64,000 bases of DNA, from positions 3,104,001 to 3,168,000 of the forward strand of contig OY761158.1 in assembly GCA_963664405.1 (NCBI GenBank), given 5' to 3'. The notes under the pieces were generated by a model that saw only the letters and a program-made list of their open reading frames with translations, was not told the origin of the DNA and did not search any database. The stretch's first letter is position 1. Each line of letters begins with the position of its first letter. Below, in pieces: positions 45,575 to 55,936 of this stretch. Origin of the DNA: Thermoanaerobaculia bacterium (GTDB taxonomy: Bacteria > Acidobacteriota > Thermoanaerobaculia > Multivoradales > Multivoraceae). A program made the translations under genes and the position numbers.

Positions 45575-47579
45575 GGGTCGGCGCGGAAATAACTTCACAT
45601 TATCGCCGGAGCGTGTGAGGCCGAGGCGCCACAGGGCGGTCGCTGCATTGGAGGTGGTGGTGAGCTGAGCCCAGGCTGTGGGGCAAGCTCTTCCTGCTCG
45701 GTTCGCGGTCTCGGCGAGAGGGTGTAGTTCCACTTTCCTAGGAAGTCGCTCCTGGCCACCGCGAGCTGCAGCATTTCCTTGTCCGATACCCTGACTCCTT
45801 TCTGGTATTGGCGTTGATCACGGCACGGCTCGACGCGCAGTCCGGTGGATGTCGTCGTGTTGCGGACGAGGTTGACGAGGATCTCGAAACTCTCGAGAGG
45901 AACTCCGGCCCAGTTCTTGCTGATCTCGCTGAACATCCTGTGCTCGATGGGATTCCATTTACTGGTGCCAGTTGGATAGTGGGCGACGGTGATGATGAGG
46001 CCGCACTTGTCTACGAGCTTCTCCTGGAGGTACTTCTTCCAGGCTCGAAGCCGTGCGCCGTTGCTTGCGCCGCTGTCGGCAAGAATGAGGAGACGCTGAG
46101 ACGCCGGATAGTGAGATCGACCGTATTTGAGCCACCAGGTCGCGATGCTGTTGACAGCGAACTCCGGCGTGTCCGACGACTGTCCGAGGACGAGAACGCC
46201 GAAGTTCCTCTGAAGATCGTAGATCCCATAGGGGGAGGCGATGGCGAGAGCTTCGGACCGGAAGTCGTGATCCTTGACCCGCTTGGCCTCGCGGCACCAT
46301 GTCTGTCCCTGGTTCTTGAACCGACCGATCAGCTCCTTCTTCTTCGTATCGACGCTGATGATCGGGTCGCCAGCGCTTGTGAAATCCTCGCGCAGTCGCT
46401 TGATGGCCTTGAACTGTGCATCACGATCTGGGGAGTTCCCCGAAGACAGACATTTCCTATTGCTCTTGAGGGAATAGTTCAGGTCTGCGAGCAATCGACG
46501 CACCACCGTAGCCGATACGATGATGTCAAGGCGTTCGGCAAGGCATTGGGCCACCTTTGCAGCGGTCTCGTGCGTCCATCTTTTTGATGACATGGGATCA
46601 CCAGCTATATCGGCCTCGAGTATGGAATGGATTCCATCGACTATCTCGGGCGTTTTTTTTCCACTCGTTGGTTGCCACCGCCTGCTCTTCGAACTCTTCC
46701 GCGCTCCACGGAGCCGCCGAAGAGCTCGCGACGTCCTTTTGCGACTGTATGAGGGTCCAGGTCCAGAAGATCGGCGATCTTCCGGTCGCCGCCATGCCCG
46801 AGCTTGGTCGCTTCCAGGCCAGCGAAGAGCCGCCGCTGGCGTTCGTCTAGCAGGCTGAAGAATAAAACGATGGCAGCCCTGAGCTCCTCGGGGAGCACTT
46901 CTGGAACGAGGCTGGCAGCTACATCCTGGAGAGCCTGCCGTTCGTTGCGCATCAGCTTCTGCTGACGACGGCGCCCTGTTTCCGAGCACAAGTATACGAA
47001 CCTCTTCCCAACTCTGGATCGTACGATTCTCTTGCGACGAACGAGGTGCAACATCGCGTGCTTGACCTCGACCTGCAGCAGGAGCTCGAGTTCAGAAGCC
47101 GTATAGCCGGCAGCGGACCGGTCCACGGCAGCCACCGCAGTTTCGAGGAGGCTGCCATGCCGACTGAACCTCGCCGAACCGCACGACCACAAACCCAGAT
47201 CGTCGAAATCGGGAATCTCGTTCAAGGTATAGAACCGCCCTCGATCCGAGTAGCTGGCCAAATAGCCCAATCGAGACAGCGAACGGTAGACCGTCATGGT
47301 GGCTCGGGTTCCCATGGCGTCCTTGAGCTCATCCATGGTGGCCATCTGTTCGCTCATCAAGAGCTCGCGCACTGTTGCATCACGATCTTCGGCTCGTACC
47401 ATTTGGTATAGTTCCCCTTCCAAAAGAGGTGACAGGGGAAACTATACCAAATGCGGGCAGGGCTATGCTAGCTCTAAACCTTGCAAACAAGGCGCGTACC
47501 GGAGGATTATGCCGTGGCTGAAGAAGGGGGCAGTGGTATGGTCACCCCAGATACTGGAAACTTATTTCCGCGCCGACCC
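45575..47579 (-). mobile_element. ISAzo13-family insertion sequence (2005 bp)
   Basis: 18-bp TIR GGGTCGGCGCGGAAATAA; TAA duplicated at 45572-45574 and 47580-47582. Confidence 0.92.
45595..47423 (-). CDS. ISAzo13 transposase, two overlapping ORFs joined by a -1 frameshift at an A8 tract (46653-46660)
   Basis: orfA ends LDERQRRL...RVRRAGGG..EKK; orfB KKTPE..AGDPMS..ISVDTKKKELIG..ADSG..SKWNPIEHRMFS. Confidence 0.88.
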
Positions 47580-47603
47580 TAAGCGTGCCAGGATGGGATG
47601 CAT
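47580..47603 (-). other. Original first 8 codons (MHPILARL) of the IS-interrupted PP2C gene
   Basis: In frame with 45571 onward once the IS and one TAA copy are removed. Confidence 0.8.
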
Positions 47604-47642
47604 GGTGCTGTCGTCCGCTGCGTCAGACGCGGCGGGGAGAGA

Positions 47643-48368
47643 TCAGTTCTTGATCACGACTCCTCCCATGACGGCGAGTCCGCGAATAATGAGGACCTGA
47701 TCCGGATCGGCCTGACTCTGGTCGGTCTTGTCCTCGCAGCCACCGAGCATCGCTACCGCTTCCTGCTGCACCGTGAAGCTGCGAGGGACCTGCAGGTCGA
47801 TGCCGCCCCAGAAGGCGAGGACATCGACGATCGCGGGTCCGTTGGAGATCTGGGCCTGTCGGAGGTCGACCTCACAGCCCCCCATGATGGCGGTCAGGTC
47901 CCCGCCTCGGAAGTTCGAAGAGGCGGACTGCCGGCGGACGCCACTGAGCATGCTGTAGGCGGTGAGCTTGTCGGCGTCGGCTGACGCTGACTTCTTCTTC
48001 GCCGGTCTCAGTGCCCGCTGAACCAAGAACAGCCCAGCAAAGACGAGAAGGATCGGCCACAACTCGATGGGATGGATATCGACGACTTCGAGGTTGTAGA
48101 GGATCCACCAGACACCGACCAGGATCCATGACGAGGCGCTGACCCATGCACCCGTGCGGCGGGCGTCCGCGAGTTTGGCGCCGCCGACGGCGACGAAAAC
48201 CAGTGGCCAGTATTGCCAGAAGGAGCCGACTTCGAGGACCCCGAAGTTGTCGAGCGTGAAGGCGACGCCAAGGACGATGATGGCGATGCCGAAGATGAGC
48301 TTTGGTGTTAGTACCATGATGACGACGGGGAGATACTTGGCGGAGTGGGGGCCCTTGATTTCTTTCAT
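47643..48368 (-). CDS. LiaF-like / DUF5668 cell-envelope stress response membrane protein
   Basis: 4 TMs with YWPLV and LWPIL; GGDLTAIMGGCEVDLR, GGIDLQVP, GLAVMGGVVIKN. Confidence 0.82.
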   Translation of the reverse strand: MKEIKGPHSAKYLPVVIMVLTPKLIFGIAIIVLGVAFTLDNFGVLEVGSFWQYWPLVFVAVGGAKLADARRTGAWVSASSWILVGVWWILYNLEVVDIHPIELWPILLVFAGLFLVQRALRPAKKKSASADADKLTAYSMLSGVRRQSASSNFRGGDLTAIMGGCEVDLRQAQISNGPAIVDVLAFWGGIDLQVPRSFTVQQEAVAMLGGCEDKTDQSQADPDQVLIIRGLAVMGGVVIKN

Positions 48369-48513
48369 ATCTGCTCCTGAGCAATGGCGGCTGTCGTCTC
48401 TGAGCTACGGATTTGCACGAGTGGAGTTCTCGCCAGGCCGAGCGTCGGGCGTTTGAGACTAGCTGCGGAAGTCGATGCGATAATACGCTGTCCCAGTTCG
48501 GGCAGGTTTCCAA

Positions 48514-51312
48514 ATGGCAAAACGCCGCTATGTTCCCGTCGTCGGCCCGCGGCTGAAGAAGCTGCTGATGGTCGTTTTTGCGCTGTTTTCGGTGCTGGCG
48601 GTGAACTCCGTCTACATGGGCGGCGTGACTCTGCTCGAGGCGATCACCGGCAGGACCTATCAGAATTGGTTCTATCTGGTGATGTTCCTTGCCCACCTGG
48701 CGCTGGGCGCCCTCTTCGTGCTGCCGGTGGTGATCTTCGGGCTCATCCACATGCGCAATGCGAGGAACCGGCCCAATCGCAGGGCGGTCTGGGTGGGCTA
48801 CGCGTTGTTCAGCGTGGCCATGGCCCTCCTGGTTTCCGGCGTACTCTTGACCCGAATAGAGGGTGTGCTCGAGCTCAAGAACCCCTTGGCACGCACAGCC
48901 GCGTACTGGGCACACGTGGCTACTCCCTTCATCGCCGCTTGGCTCTTCGTGCTGCACCGGCTCGCAGGGCGACGCATCAAGTGGAGAGTGGGGGGGCGCT
49001 GGGCCTTGGTCGCAGTCGCTCTTGGCGGCGTCCTTCTGCTGCTCCAGGCGCAGGACCCCAGGCAATGGAATGTCGAGGGCCCGGAGAGCGGCGAGCGTTA
49101 TTTCTTCCCCTCGCTCGCTAGAACCGCAACCGGCGGTTTCATTCCCGAGCGCGTGCTCGACAACACCGCCTACTGTAGAGAATGCCACCCCGACGCCTTC
49201 GAGAGCTGGTCTCATAGCGTCCACCGTTGGAGCTCCTTCAACAATCCGCCTTATCTCTTCAGTGTTCGTGAGACCCGCCAGGTGGCCTTCGAGCGCGACG
49301 GTGACGTTCAGGCCTCTCGATTCTGTGCCGGCTGCCATGACCCCGTCGTCTTCTTCTCCGGGCGCTTTGACGACCCCGGCTTCGATGACGTCAACGACCC
49401 TGCGGGCAAAGCCGGGATCACCTGTACGAGCTGTCATGCGATCACTCACATCAATAGTCCGCGCGGTAACGCCGATTTCACTCTCGAGGAGCCGGTGCAC
49501 TACCCCTTCGCTTTCAGTGAAGGCCCGACCCTTGCCTGGCTCAATCGCCAGCTGGTGAAGGCGAAGCCCGCGCTGCACAAGAAGACCTTCCTCAAGCCTC
49601 TGCATCGCAGCGCCGAGTTCTGTGGCTCTTGCCACAAGGTTCACCTTCCCGAGGAGCTCAACCACTACAAATTCCTTCGCGGGCAGAATCACTATGATTC
49701 CTACCTCCTGAGTGGCGTGTCGGGGCATGGCGTTGCCAGCTTCTACTACCCCGAGAGAGCGGAGGCGAACTGCAACGGCTGCCACATGCCGCCGCGGGTC
49801 TCCGACGATTTTGGGGCAAAGATCCTCGACGACTCGGCCGATCTGAAGGTGCATTCACACCTCTTTCCGTCGGCGAATACCGCCATTCCGCACATGGTCG
49901 GCCTTCCCTCCCAGGTGATCGAGGAGCATCGCGAGTTCAATCGTGGAGTGATGAGGGTCGATCTCTTCGGCGTGCGCCTGGGCGGAAGCATTCAGGGCCG
50001 GCTCACGGCTCCGCTCCGGCCCGAGGTTCCGGTGCTGGAGCCCGGCAGGTCCTACCTCGTCGAGACGGTGATACGGACAGTGAAGATGGGGCACGACTTC
50101 ACCCAAGGCACCACCGACTCGAATCAGGTCTGGGTCGACTTCGAAGTCGAGGCGGAGGGTCGGGTGATCGGGCGCAGCGGAGGCGTCGACGAGCTGGGCC
50201 GCGTCGACCCCTGGTCGCACTTCGTTAATGTCTACATGTTGGACAGCGAGGGACGGCGTATCGATAGACGGAACCCACAGGACATCTTCGTTCCCCTCTA
50301 CAATCATCAGATCCCGCCGGGCGCGAGTGACGTCATTCACTATCGGCTCGACGTGCCGTCGGGGCACCGTGGCTCGTTGACGGTGAGGGCGAGCCTTCGT
50401 TATCGCAAATTCGACACGACCTATCTTCGCTATGTGCTCGGTGATGATTTCGTTGTCAACGACCTTCCCGTCATGACCTTGGCGACCGACGAAGTGACCT
50501 TTCGAGTCGGGGGAGGCCGAGAGCCTACAGTCGCGGAAGCTCCGGTCTGGCCGGAGTGGGAGCGCTGGAACGACTACGGCATTGGCCTTCTGCGCAAGGG
50601 AGGCAAGAGCAAGGGCGAGCTTCGGCAGGCTGAGGAGGCGTTCGTTAGAGTCGAAGAGCTCGGTCGCGCCGACGGTCCTCTGAACTTGGCTCGCGTCTAC
50701 TTCGCTCAGGGGACGGTCGAAGATCGGGCCATTGCCGCCCTCCAGCGAGCCGCCGACTTCGACCCGCCGGCCCCACCCTGGTCGATTGCATGGTTCACCG
50801 GGCTCGTCAACAAGCAGAACGGACGCCTCGACGAGGCGATCCTGAGCCTCGAGAGCCTGGTCATGAGCTCGAGCCCGGAGCTACGGCGGAGAGGATTCGA
50901 CTTCAGTATCGACTATCGATTGCTCAACGAGCTTGGTCAGACTCTGTTCGAGAGAGCGAAGCGTGAGCGTGGCGAGAGCCGCCGCTCCGAGCGCGAGGCG
51001 CTATTGGCGAAAGCGCGAGCGTACTTCGAGCGAACCCTCGGGATCGACCCGGAGAACGTGACAGCCCACTTCAATCTCTATCTGGTGCTCAAGCAGCTCG
51101 GCGAGGACGAGTCGGCGGAAGCTCATTTCCAGGCCTACAAGATCTTCAAGGATGACGATAATGCGCGGGATCGGGCCGTGGCGTTAGCACGAGCCGCGAA
51201 CCCGGCCGCCGACCATGCCGCCGAGGCGATTGTGATTTACGATCTGCAACGTCCAGGGGCCTCCGCCTTCAGCGCGACCGCCGGTCCGGGCGCGGGGGCT
51301 GTGGCCCGGTGA
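48514..51312 (+). CDS. Membrane-anchored pentaheme cytochrome c with C-terminal TPRs
   Basis: About 5 N-terminal TMs; CRECH, CAGCH, CTSCH, CGSCH, CNGCH; RWNDYGIGLL followed by TPR-like helices. Confidence 0.85.
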   Translation: MAKRRYVPVVGPRLKKLLMVVFALFSVLAVNSVYMGGVTLLEAITGRTYQNWFYLVMFLAHLALGALFVLPVVIFGLIHMRNARNRPNRRAVWVGYALFSVAMALLVSGVLLTRIEGVLELKNPLARTAAYWAHVATPFIAAWLFVLHRLAGRRIKWRVGGRWALVAVALGGVLLLLQAQDPRQWNVEGPESGERYFFPSLARTATGGFIPERVLDNTAYCRECHPDAFESWSHSVHRWSSFNNPPYLFSVRETRQVAFERDGDVQASRFCAGCHDPVVFFSGRFDDPGFDDVNDPAGKAGITCTSCHAITHINSPRGNADFTLEEPVHYPFAFSEGPTLAWLNRQLVKAKPALHKKTFLKPLHRSAEFCGSCHKVHLPEELNHYKFLRGQNHYDSYLLSGVSGHGVASFYYPERAEANCNGCHMPPRVSDDFGAKILDDSADLKVHSHLFPSANTAIPHMVGLPSQVIEEHREFNRGVMRVDLFGVRLGGSIQGRLTAPLRPEVPVLEPGRSYLVETVIRTVKMGHDFTQGTTDSNQVWVDFEVEAEGRVIGRSGGVDELGRVDPWSHFVNVYMLDSEGRRIDRRNPQDIFVPLYNHQIPPGASDVIHYRLDVPSGHRGSLTVRASLRYRKFDTTYLRYVLGDDFVVNDLPVMTLATDEVTFRVGGGREPTVAEAPVWPEWERWNDYGIGLLRKGGKSKGELRQAEEAFVRVEELGRADGPLNLARVYFAQGTVEDRAIAALQRAADFDPPAPPWSIAWFTGLVNKQNGRLDEAILSLESLVMSSSPELRRRGFDFSIDYRLLNELGQTLFERAKRERGESRRSEREALLAKARAYFERTLGIDPENVTAHFNLYLVLKQLGEDESAEAHFQAYKIFKDDDNARDRAVALARAANPAADHAAEAIVIYDLQRPGASAFSATAGPGAGAVAR

Positions 51313-53162
51313 AGGGCGAGATGAAGCCGCCCCGAGGGGAGGACGAGGACTGGGTCCCCGAAGATGATGCGGTCATTGGTCGTGCCCTTCGCCGCTCGGG
51401 GTTGGCGCTCGTAGCGCTGGCAGCGGCGTTGGGCCTAGGCCTTTTGGCTGTTCGCGGTTGTCGCGACGCGCCGGTAGATCATGCGATCGAGAGCTCCGCC
51501 CCCGAGGCCGTGCGGCCGGTCGCCGAGGCGCCGAGCGCCGACTTTTCCGAGGTCAGTGAGGTCGTGGGGGTTGATTTCGTCCACACAAGCGGCGGGTACG
51601 GCCAGAAATTTCTGCCCGAGACCATGGGGTCCGGCGTCGCGATTCTCGACTATGACGACGATGGGGACGAGGATCTCTTCTTCGTCAACGGAACACGCTG
51701 GGAAGAGGCCCCCACCGAAGCAGCTGAGGGAGTGCCCGCCCTGTTCGAGAACGATGGCAGAGGAGGCTTCCGACGAGTTGCGGAAGAGACCGACCTGGGC
51801 AAGAGTATCTATGGCACCGGGGTCGCTGTCGGTGACTATGACAACGATGGCGATGTCGATCTCTTCATCGCGGCGGTAGGGTCCAATCGCCTGTTACGGA
51901 ACGACGACAGGGGGCGCTCCTGGGAAGACGTCACCCACGAAGCGGGTGTCGCCGGCGACGAGGAGTGGTCGTCGTCCAGTGCCTTCTTCGACTATGACCG
52001 AGACGGTGATCTCGACCTCTTTGTAGGCAACTATGTGCGCTGGTCTCCGAAGATCGACCTCGAGCTCGACTACAGACTCACCGGCATCGGGCGTGCGTAC
52101 GGGCCGCCGGTGAACTACCAAGGCACCTTTCCGGATCTCTTTCGCAATGAGGGGAACGGTCGTTTTGTGGACGTCTCAGCCGAGGCGGGTATTGAAGTAC
52201 GCAACTCTGCCACCGGGCAGCCGGTGGCGAAGACTCTGGGGGTCTCTCCGGTCGACGTGAACGGAGACGGCTTCCTCGACCTTTTCGTCGCCAACGACAC
52301 CGTGCGCAATTTTCTCTTCCTCAACACCGGCGAGGGCGGCTTCGAGGAGCAGGGCGAGATCTTCGGTGTCGCCTATGGTAGGGACGGCGATGCGACCGGT
52401 GCGATGGGAGTCGATTGGGGCCACTTTCGCAACGATGACGAGCTGGGGTTTCTGGTCGCCAACTTCGCCAACGAGATGAGCTCTCTCTACGTTTCGCAGG
52501 GGGATCCGACGCTCTACACCGACGAGGCCATCGTCGAGGGTCTGGGAGCTCCGAGTCGTCGAATGCTCAGCTTCGGAGTCTTCTTTTTCGACTACGACCT
52601 CGATGGCCGGCTGGACGTGCTGCAGACCAATGGTCACCTCGAAGAGGAGATCAACGCGGTCGATCCCAGCCAGTCCTATCGCCAGCCGCTACAGCTGTTC
52701 TGGAACGCCGGCGAGGACGGGCTCGTACCGCTGTCTGATGAGTCGCTCGGTGCGATGGCAACTCCGTTGGTGGGGCGCGCGTCGGCGTATGGAGACTTGG
52801 ACGGAGATGGTGATCTCGATGTCGTCGTGTCGCAAGCCGGAGGTGCGGCGCGAGTCTTCCGAAACGGTCAGAGCGAAGGTCACCACTGGCTGCGAGTGAA
52901 GTTGGTGGGCAATGCCACCTCGTCGAACCGCGATGCCATTGGTAGCTTGGTCGAGCTGGATCTCGGCGAAGAGGTGATGCGCCGCGGTGTGATGCCCACA
53001 CGCAGCTACCAGGCTCAGGTCGAGCTGCCGGTCACCTTCGGTCTGGGTGATCATGTGGATGTCGGGCCGTTGCGGGTGCTCTGGCCCGATGGCACCCGCA
53101 GCGAGGTAGCGGTCGAAGCGGTAGATCGACTGATGGTGATAGAACAGCAATCCGGAGGGTAG
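51309..53162 (+). CDS. CRTAC1 family protein (FG-GAP repeats + ASPIC/UnbV)
   Basis: PETMGSG, repeated DYDxDGDxDL, SNRDAIG, TFGLG, VLWPDG. Confidence 0.9.
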   Translation: MKGEMKPPRGEDEDWVPEDDAVIGRALRRSGLALVALAAALGLGLLAVRGCRDAPVDHAIESSAPEAVRPVAEAPSADFSEVSEVVGVDFVHTSGGYGQKFLPETMGSGVAILDYDDDGDEDLFFVNGTRWEEAPTEAAEGVPALFENDGRGGFRRVAEETDLGKSIYGTGVAVGDYDNDGDVDLFIAAVGSNRLLRNDDRGRSWEDVTHEAGVAGDEEWSSSSAFFDYDRDGDLDLFVGNYVRWSPKIDLELDYRLTGIGRAYGPPVNYQGTFPDLFRNEGNGRFVDVSAEAGIEVRNSATGQPVAKTLGVSPVDVNGDGFLDLFVANDTVRNFLFLNTGEGGFEEQGEIFGVAYGRDGDATGAMGVDWGHFRNDDELGFLVANFANEMSSLYVSQGDPTLYTDEAIVEGLGAPSRRMLSFGVFFFDYDLDGRLDVLQTNGHLEEEINAVDPSQSYRQPLQLFWNAGEDGLVPLSDESLGAMATPLVGRASAYGDLDGDGDLDVVVSQAGGAARVFRNGQSEGHHWLRVKLVGNATSSNRDAIGSLVELDLGEEVMRRGVMPTRSYQAQVELPVTFGLGDHVDVGPLRVLWPDGTRSEVAVEAVDRLMVIEQQSGG

Positions 53163-53197
53163 ACTGCCACCCCAATGTTGCCGGCCGAGGAGGAACA

Positions 53198-53935
53198 ATG
53201 ATCGATCTACACTACTGGCCTACGCCCAACGGCAAGAAGGTGACGATTCTGCTCGAAGAGTGCGGGATGCCCTATCGCATCGTGCCCTGCAGGATCGGCA
53301 AGGGAGATCAGTTCTCCCCCGAGTTCTTGAAGATCGGCCCCAATACTCGCATGCCGGCGATGGTCGACACTGAGCCGCCCGGCGGCGGCGAGGCGATTAC
53401 GATCTTCGAGTCGGGGGCGATCATGATGTACATCGCGGAGATCGCCGGGCAGTTCTACCCTCAGGATCTGCGAGCGCGCTATGAGGTCCATCAGTGGGTG
53501 ATGTGGCAGATGGCGAACCAGGGACCCAAGTCCGGCGAGTGTGGGCACTTTCGACGGCTCAAGGACTCGCAGGGAGACCAGACCTACGCGGTGACCCGTT
53601 TCACCGACGAGGTCAACCGGCTCTATGGAGTCATGAACAACCGCCTCTACGATCGGAGGTATCTCGCCGGCGAGGAGTACACCATCGCCGACATGATCAG
53701 CTACCCGTGGTGCATGGGCTGGGAGCAGCAGGGCCAGCAGATCGACGACTTCGTGTACCTGAAGCGATGGCTCGACGATCTGGGTGCCAGGCCGGGGGTC
53801 GAGCGCGGCATGAAGGCGGGCTCGGATCTGTCCGCGGACTATTCGAAGCTCTCGGACGAAGAGCGGGTCGAGCTGCGCAAGATGCTCTACAACCAGCGCG
53901 CGCGGCCGGCGCCCGAGGGTGGGCTGCTAGCGTAA
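53198..53935 (+). CDS. Glutathione S-transferase (YfcG/YghU-like)
   Basis: MIDLHYWPTPNGKK, FESGAI, WQMANQGP, YTIADM. Confidence 0.9.
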   Translation: MIDLHYWPTPNGKKVTILLEECGMPYRIVPCRIGKGDQFSPEFLKIGPNTRMPAMVDTEPPGGGEAITIFESGAIMMYIAEIAGQFYPQDLRARYEVHQWVMWQMANQGPKSGECGHFRRLKDSQGDQTYAVTRFTDEVNRLYGVMNNRLYDRRYLAGEEYTIADMISYPWCMGWEQQGQQIDDFVYLKRWLDDLGARPGVERGMKAGSDLSADYSKLSDEERVELRKMLYNQRARPAPEGGLLA

Positions 53936-54367
53936 GCGGAGGGCTCCTCAACCCCCCCCTGATCGATGCCGGTAGCGGCTGACGGCAGGGAGTTGAGCCT
54001 GTGGTGAAAGCGTCCCACAGACCGTCCGGTAGCTCCTCGGCGGCGAGTGCGGCTGAGAGGAACAGAAAGAGCGAGGGCACTAGACAGAGTGTGGTCCATG
54101 GGCGGTTGCTTCTCGGCATCGAATCCTCCTTCCACGAACTGTCCCTCCGGCCCCCCGCGCGCCTAGTTGCGCGCCTGAGCACGGCCGCTATCGGCGATAT
54201 CCGCAGCAGATGTTCATGGTCCTACCCAGAACAGACGCAATCGGCGGGTGGGAACCGTCAGTGGAAACTCAAACGGCCGGACAACGATCCTCGGATAGCA
54301 GACGATCGGATGCGGCGCATGCGGCGACTGCCACCCTCTTGTCGGCGAAGTGGGGTGGTCCGCGAGC

Positions 54368-54844
54368 TTATGGGGTGTCGGGTGGCGTGCCGGTCTCTAC
54401 CCGACCCCACATATGGCCGCCGCCGAAGCCTGCATGGTGCCAGGTGCCGGCGTAGAAACCGTCGTAGAGCAAGACCCGAGCGCTGAAGGTGCCGAGCCCC
54501 GGGATGAGCTGATCTGTGAGCGTGATGACGGGGGTGTCGCCCGCCCACTCGACCGCAAAGGGCATGGGGATGGCAACGTCGTTGTCTCCAAAGCTCATGC
54601 TGGCGGTGAACAGCCAGCGGCCGTCTTCCATGCGCGAGATACGAGAAACCGTGTAGTCGTCCGCCTGCGGTTGGCTCTCACCATCGGCATTGGTGACGCT
54701 GAACTGCCCGACCAGACGGGCACCATTCAGGGTCTCCTCCAAACGGTTTTCGAGCTCCTCCTGCGATGTTTGTGCGGCGAGTGCGCACGTGGTGAGCAGA
54801 CTAATAGTGACAAAATAAAGGGCAGTGTGGTAGGGTCGCATCAC
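54368..54844 (-). CDS. Secreted hypothetical protein
   Basis: Signal peptide; VEWAGDTPVITLT..IPGLGTFSARV..YAGTW.H..GGHMWG. Confidence 0.7.
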   Translation of the reverse strand: MMRPYHTALYFVTISLLTTCALAAQTSQEELENRLEETLNGARLVGQFSVTNADGESQPQADDYTVSRISRMEDGRWLFTASMSFGDNDVAIPMPFAVEWAGDTPVITLTDQLIPGLGTFSARVLLYDGFYAGTWHHAGFGGGHMWGRVETGTPPDTP

Positions 54845-54957
54845 GTTCTCCGGTTTCGGTCTGACGTTCGTGGATGATAGCCCAGCGGGTACGCTGATCC
54901 TCGGCCAGCCTGGGACGCCATGTTACCGTTTGGTCTCTCACTACGACTTTAGTTCCT

Positions 54958-55704
54958 GTGTCTGCAAAGAATCTACCAGCCATGGACCCCGCGCCCGTTC
55001 TCGAGGGCGAGAGTGACACTCAGGGGTTGCGCGAGGAGCGCGACAAGCTCGCCGTCGAGCTCGAGAAGGAACGACTCGACGCCCGCCTGGCGGACGAGCG
55101 GATCCGTATCTTGGAGCGCGAAAAGCTGGCGTCGCTACGAGATGCGGTGGAGGGCCGGGCGCTCCTCGAGGGGGATCTCAAGGAAGCCCTGACTGCGTTG
55201 CAGGGCGAGGTCGAGCGCAGAGAAGAGCTCGAGCAGGAGGTTGTCGAGCTGCGTGGCCTCCTCGAGGGCTTCATGGGCAAGAATTGGGAAACACTCACCG
55301 AGTCGGCGGCGGAGGCTCCGGCGCCGGTTGCTCGTTTTCGAAAGCTTCCGAACAGTGGCGGTAGTGCAAAGGCGAGGCCGGTACTGGTTCCTGACTTCGA
55401 CGCTCAGCCTGAGGTGCAGGCGGAAGAGAGCGACGAGGTTGTAGTAGAGAAGCCGCCCTCGCAGCTGAGCCGCGACGAGCTCACCGAAGCCCTCCGCGGC
55501 GGCGCGGAGTACACCGTGACCGCGGCCTTTAAGCGTTTCGAGCCGGTGAGCCGTGTGCATGTCATGGCGAGCGATTGGATCTACCGGTCCAGCGATCTCG
55601 AGAGTCTGCTCAAGCTCGCCGATGGTGCGCTGGCCGAGGAGGCTCTGCTCAAGATGCTCTATCTCTTTTACCAGCGCTCGTACTTGACCCTCTCGACTCC
55701 CTGA
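54958..55704 (+). CDS. Hypothetical coiled-coil protein
   Basis: E/R/L-rich heptads; codon usage looks coding. Confidence 0.6.
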   Translation: MSAKNLPAMDPAPVLEGESDTQGLREERDKLAVELEKERLDARLADERIRILEREKLASLRDAVEGRALLEGDLKEALTALQGEVERREELEQEVVELRGLLEGFMGKNWETLTESAAEAPAPVARFRKLPNSGGSAKARPVLVPDFDAQPEVQAEESDEVVVEKPPSQLSRDELTEALRGGAEYTVTAAFKRFEPVSRVHVMASDWIYRSSDLESLLKLADGALAEEALLKMLYLFYQRSYLTLSTP

Positions 55705-55708
55705 TCCG

Positions 55709-55936
55709 ATGACGGCCCTCTCGGACGCGATCGCTTTCCTCGAGGCAGGCGACTGGGAGGCGGCTCATGTGATCGCCCAGGATGATCCGTCGCTCGGCAG
55801 TTGGGCCCATGGCATCGTGCACTTGATGGAAGGCGATCTCGCGAACGCGGGCTACTGGTACCGACGAGCCGGCCGCCAGCTTCCGGACTCAGCAGACATC
55901 GCGGAAGAGATCGCCGCGTTGAAAAAGAGCGTCTAG
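55709..55936 (+). CDS. Small conserved-type hypothetical protein
   Basis: W.AAH..AQD....SW.HG..H..EGD..NAGYWYRRAG pattern. Confidence 0.7.
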   Translation: MTALSDAIAFLEAGDWEAAHVIAQDDPSLGSWAHGIVHLMEGDLANAGYWYRRAGRQLPDSADIAEEIAALKKSV

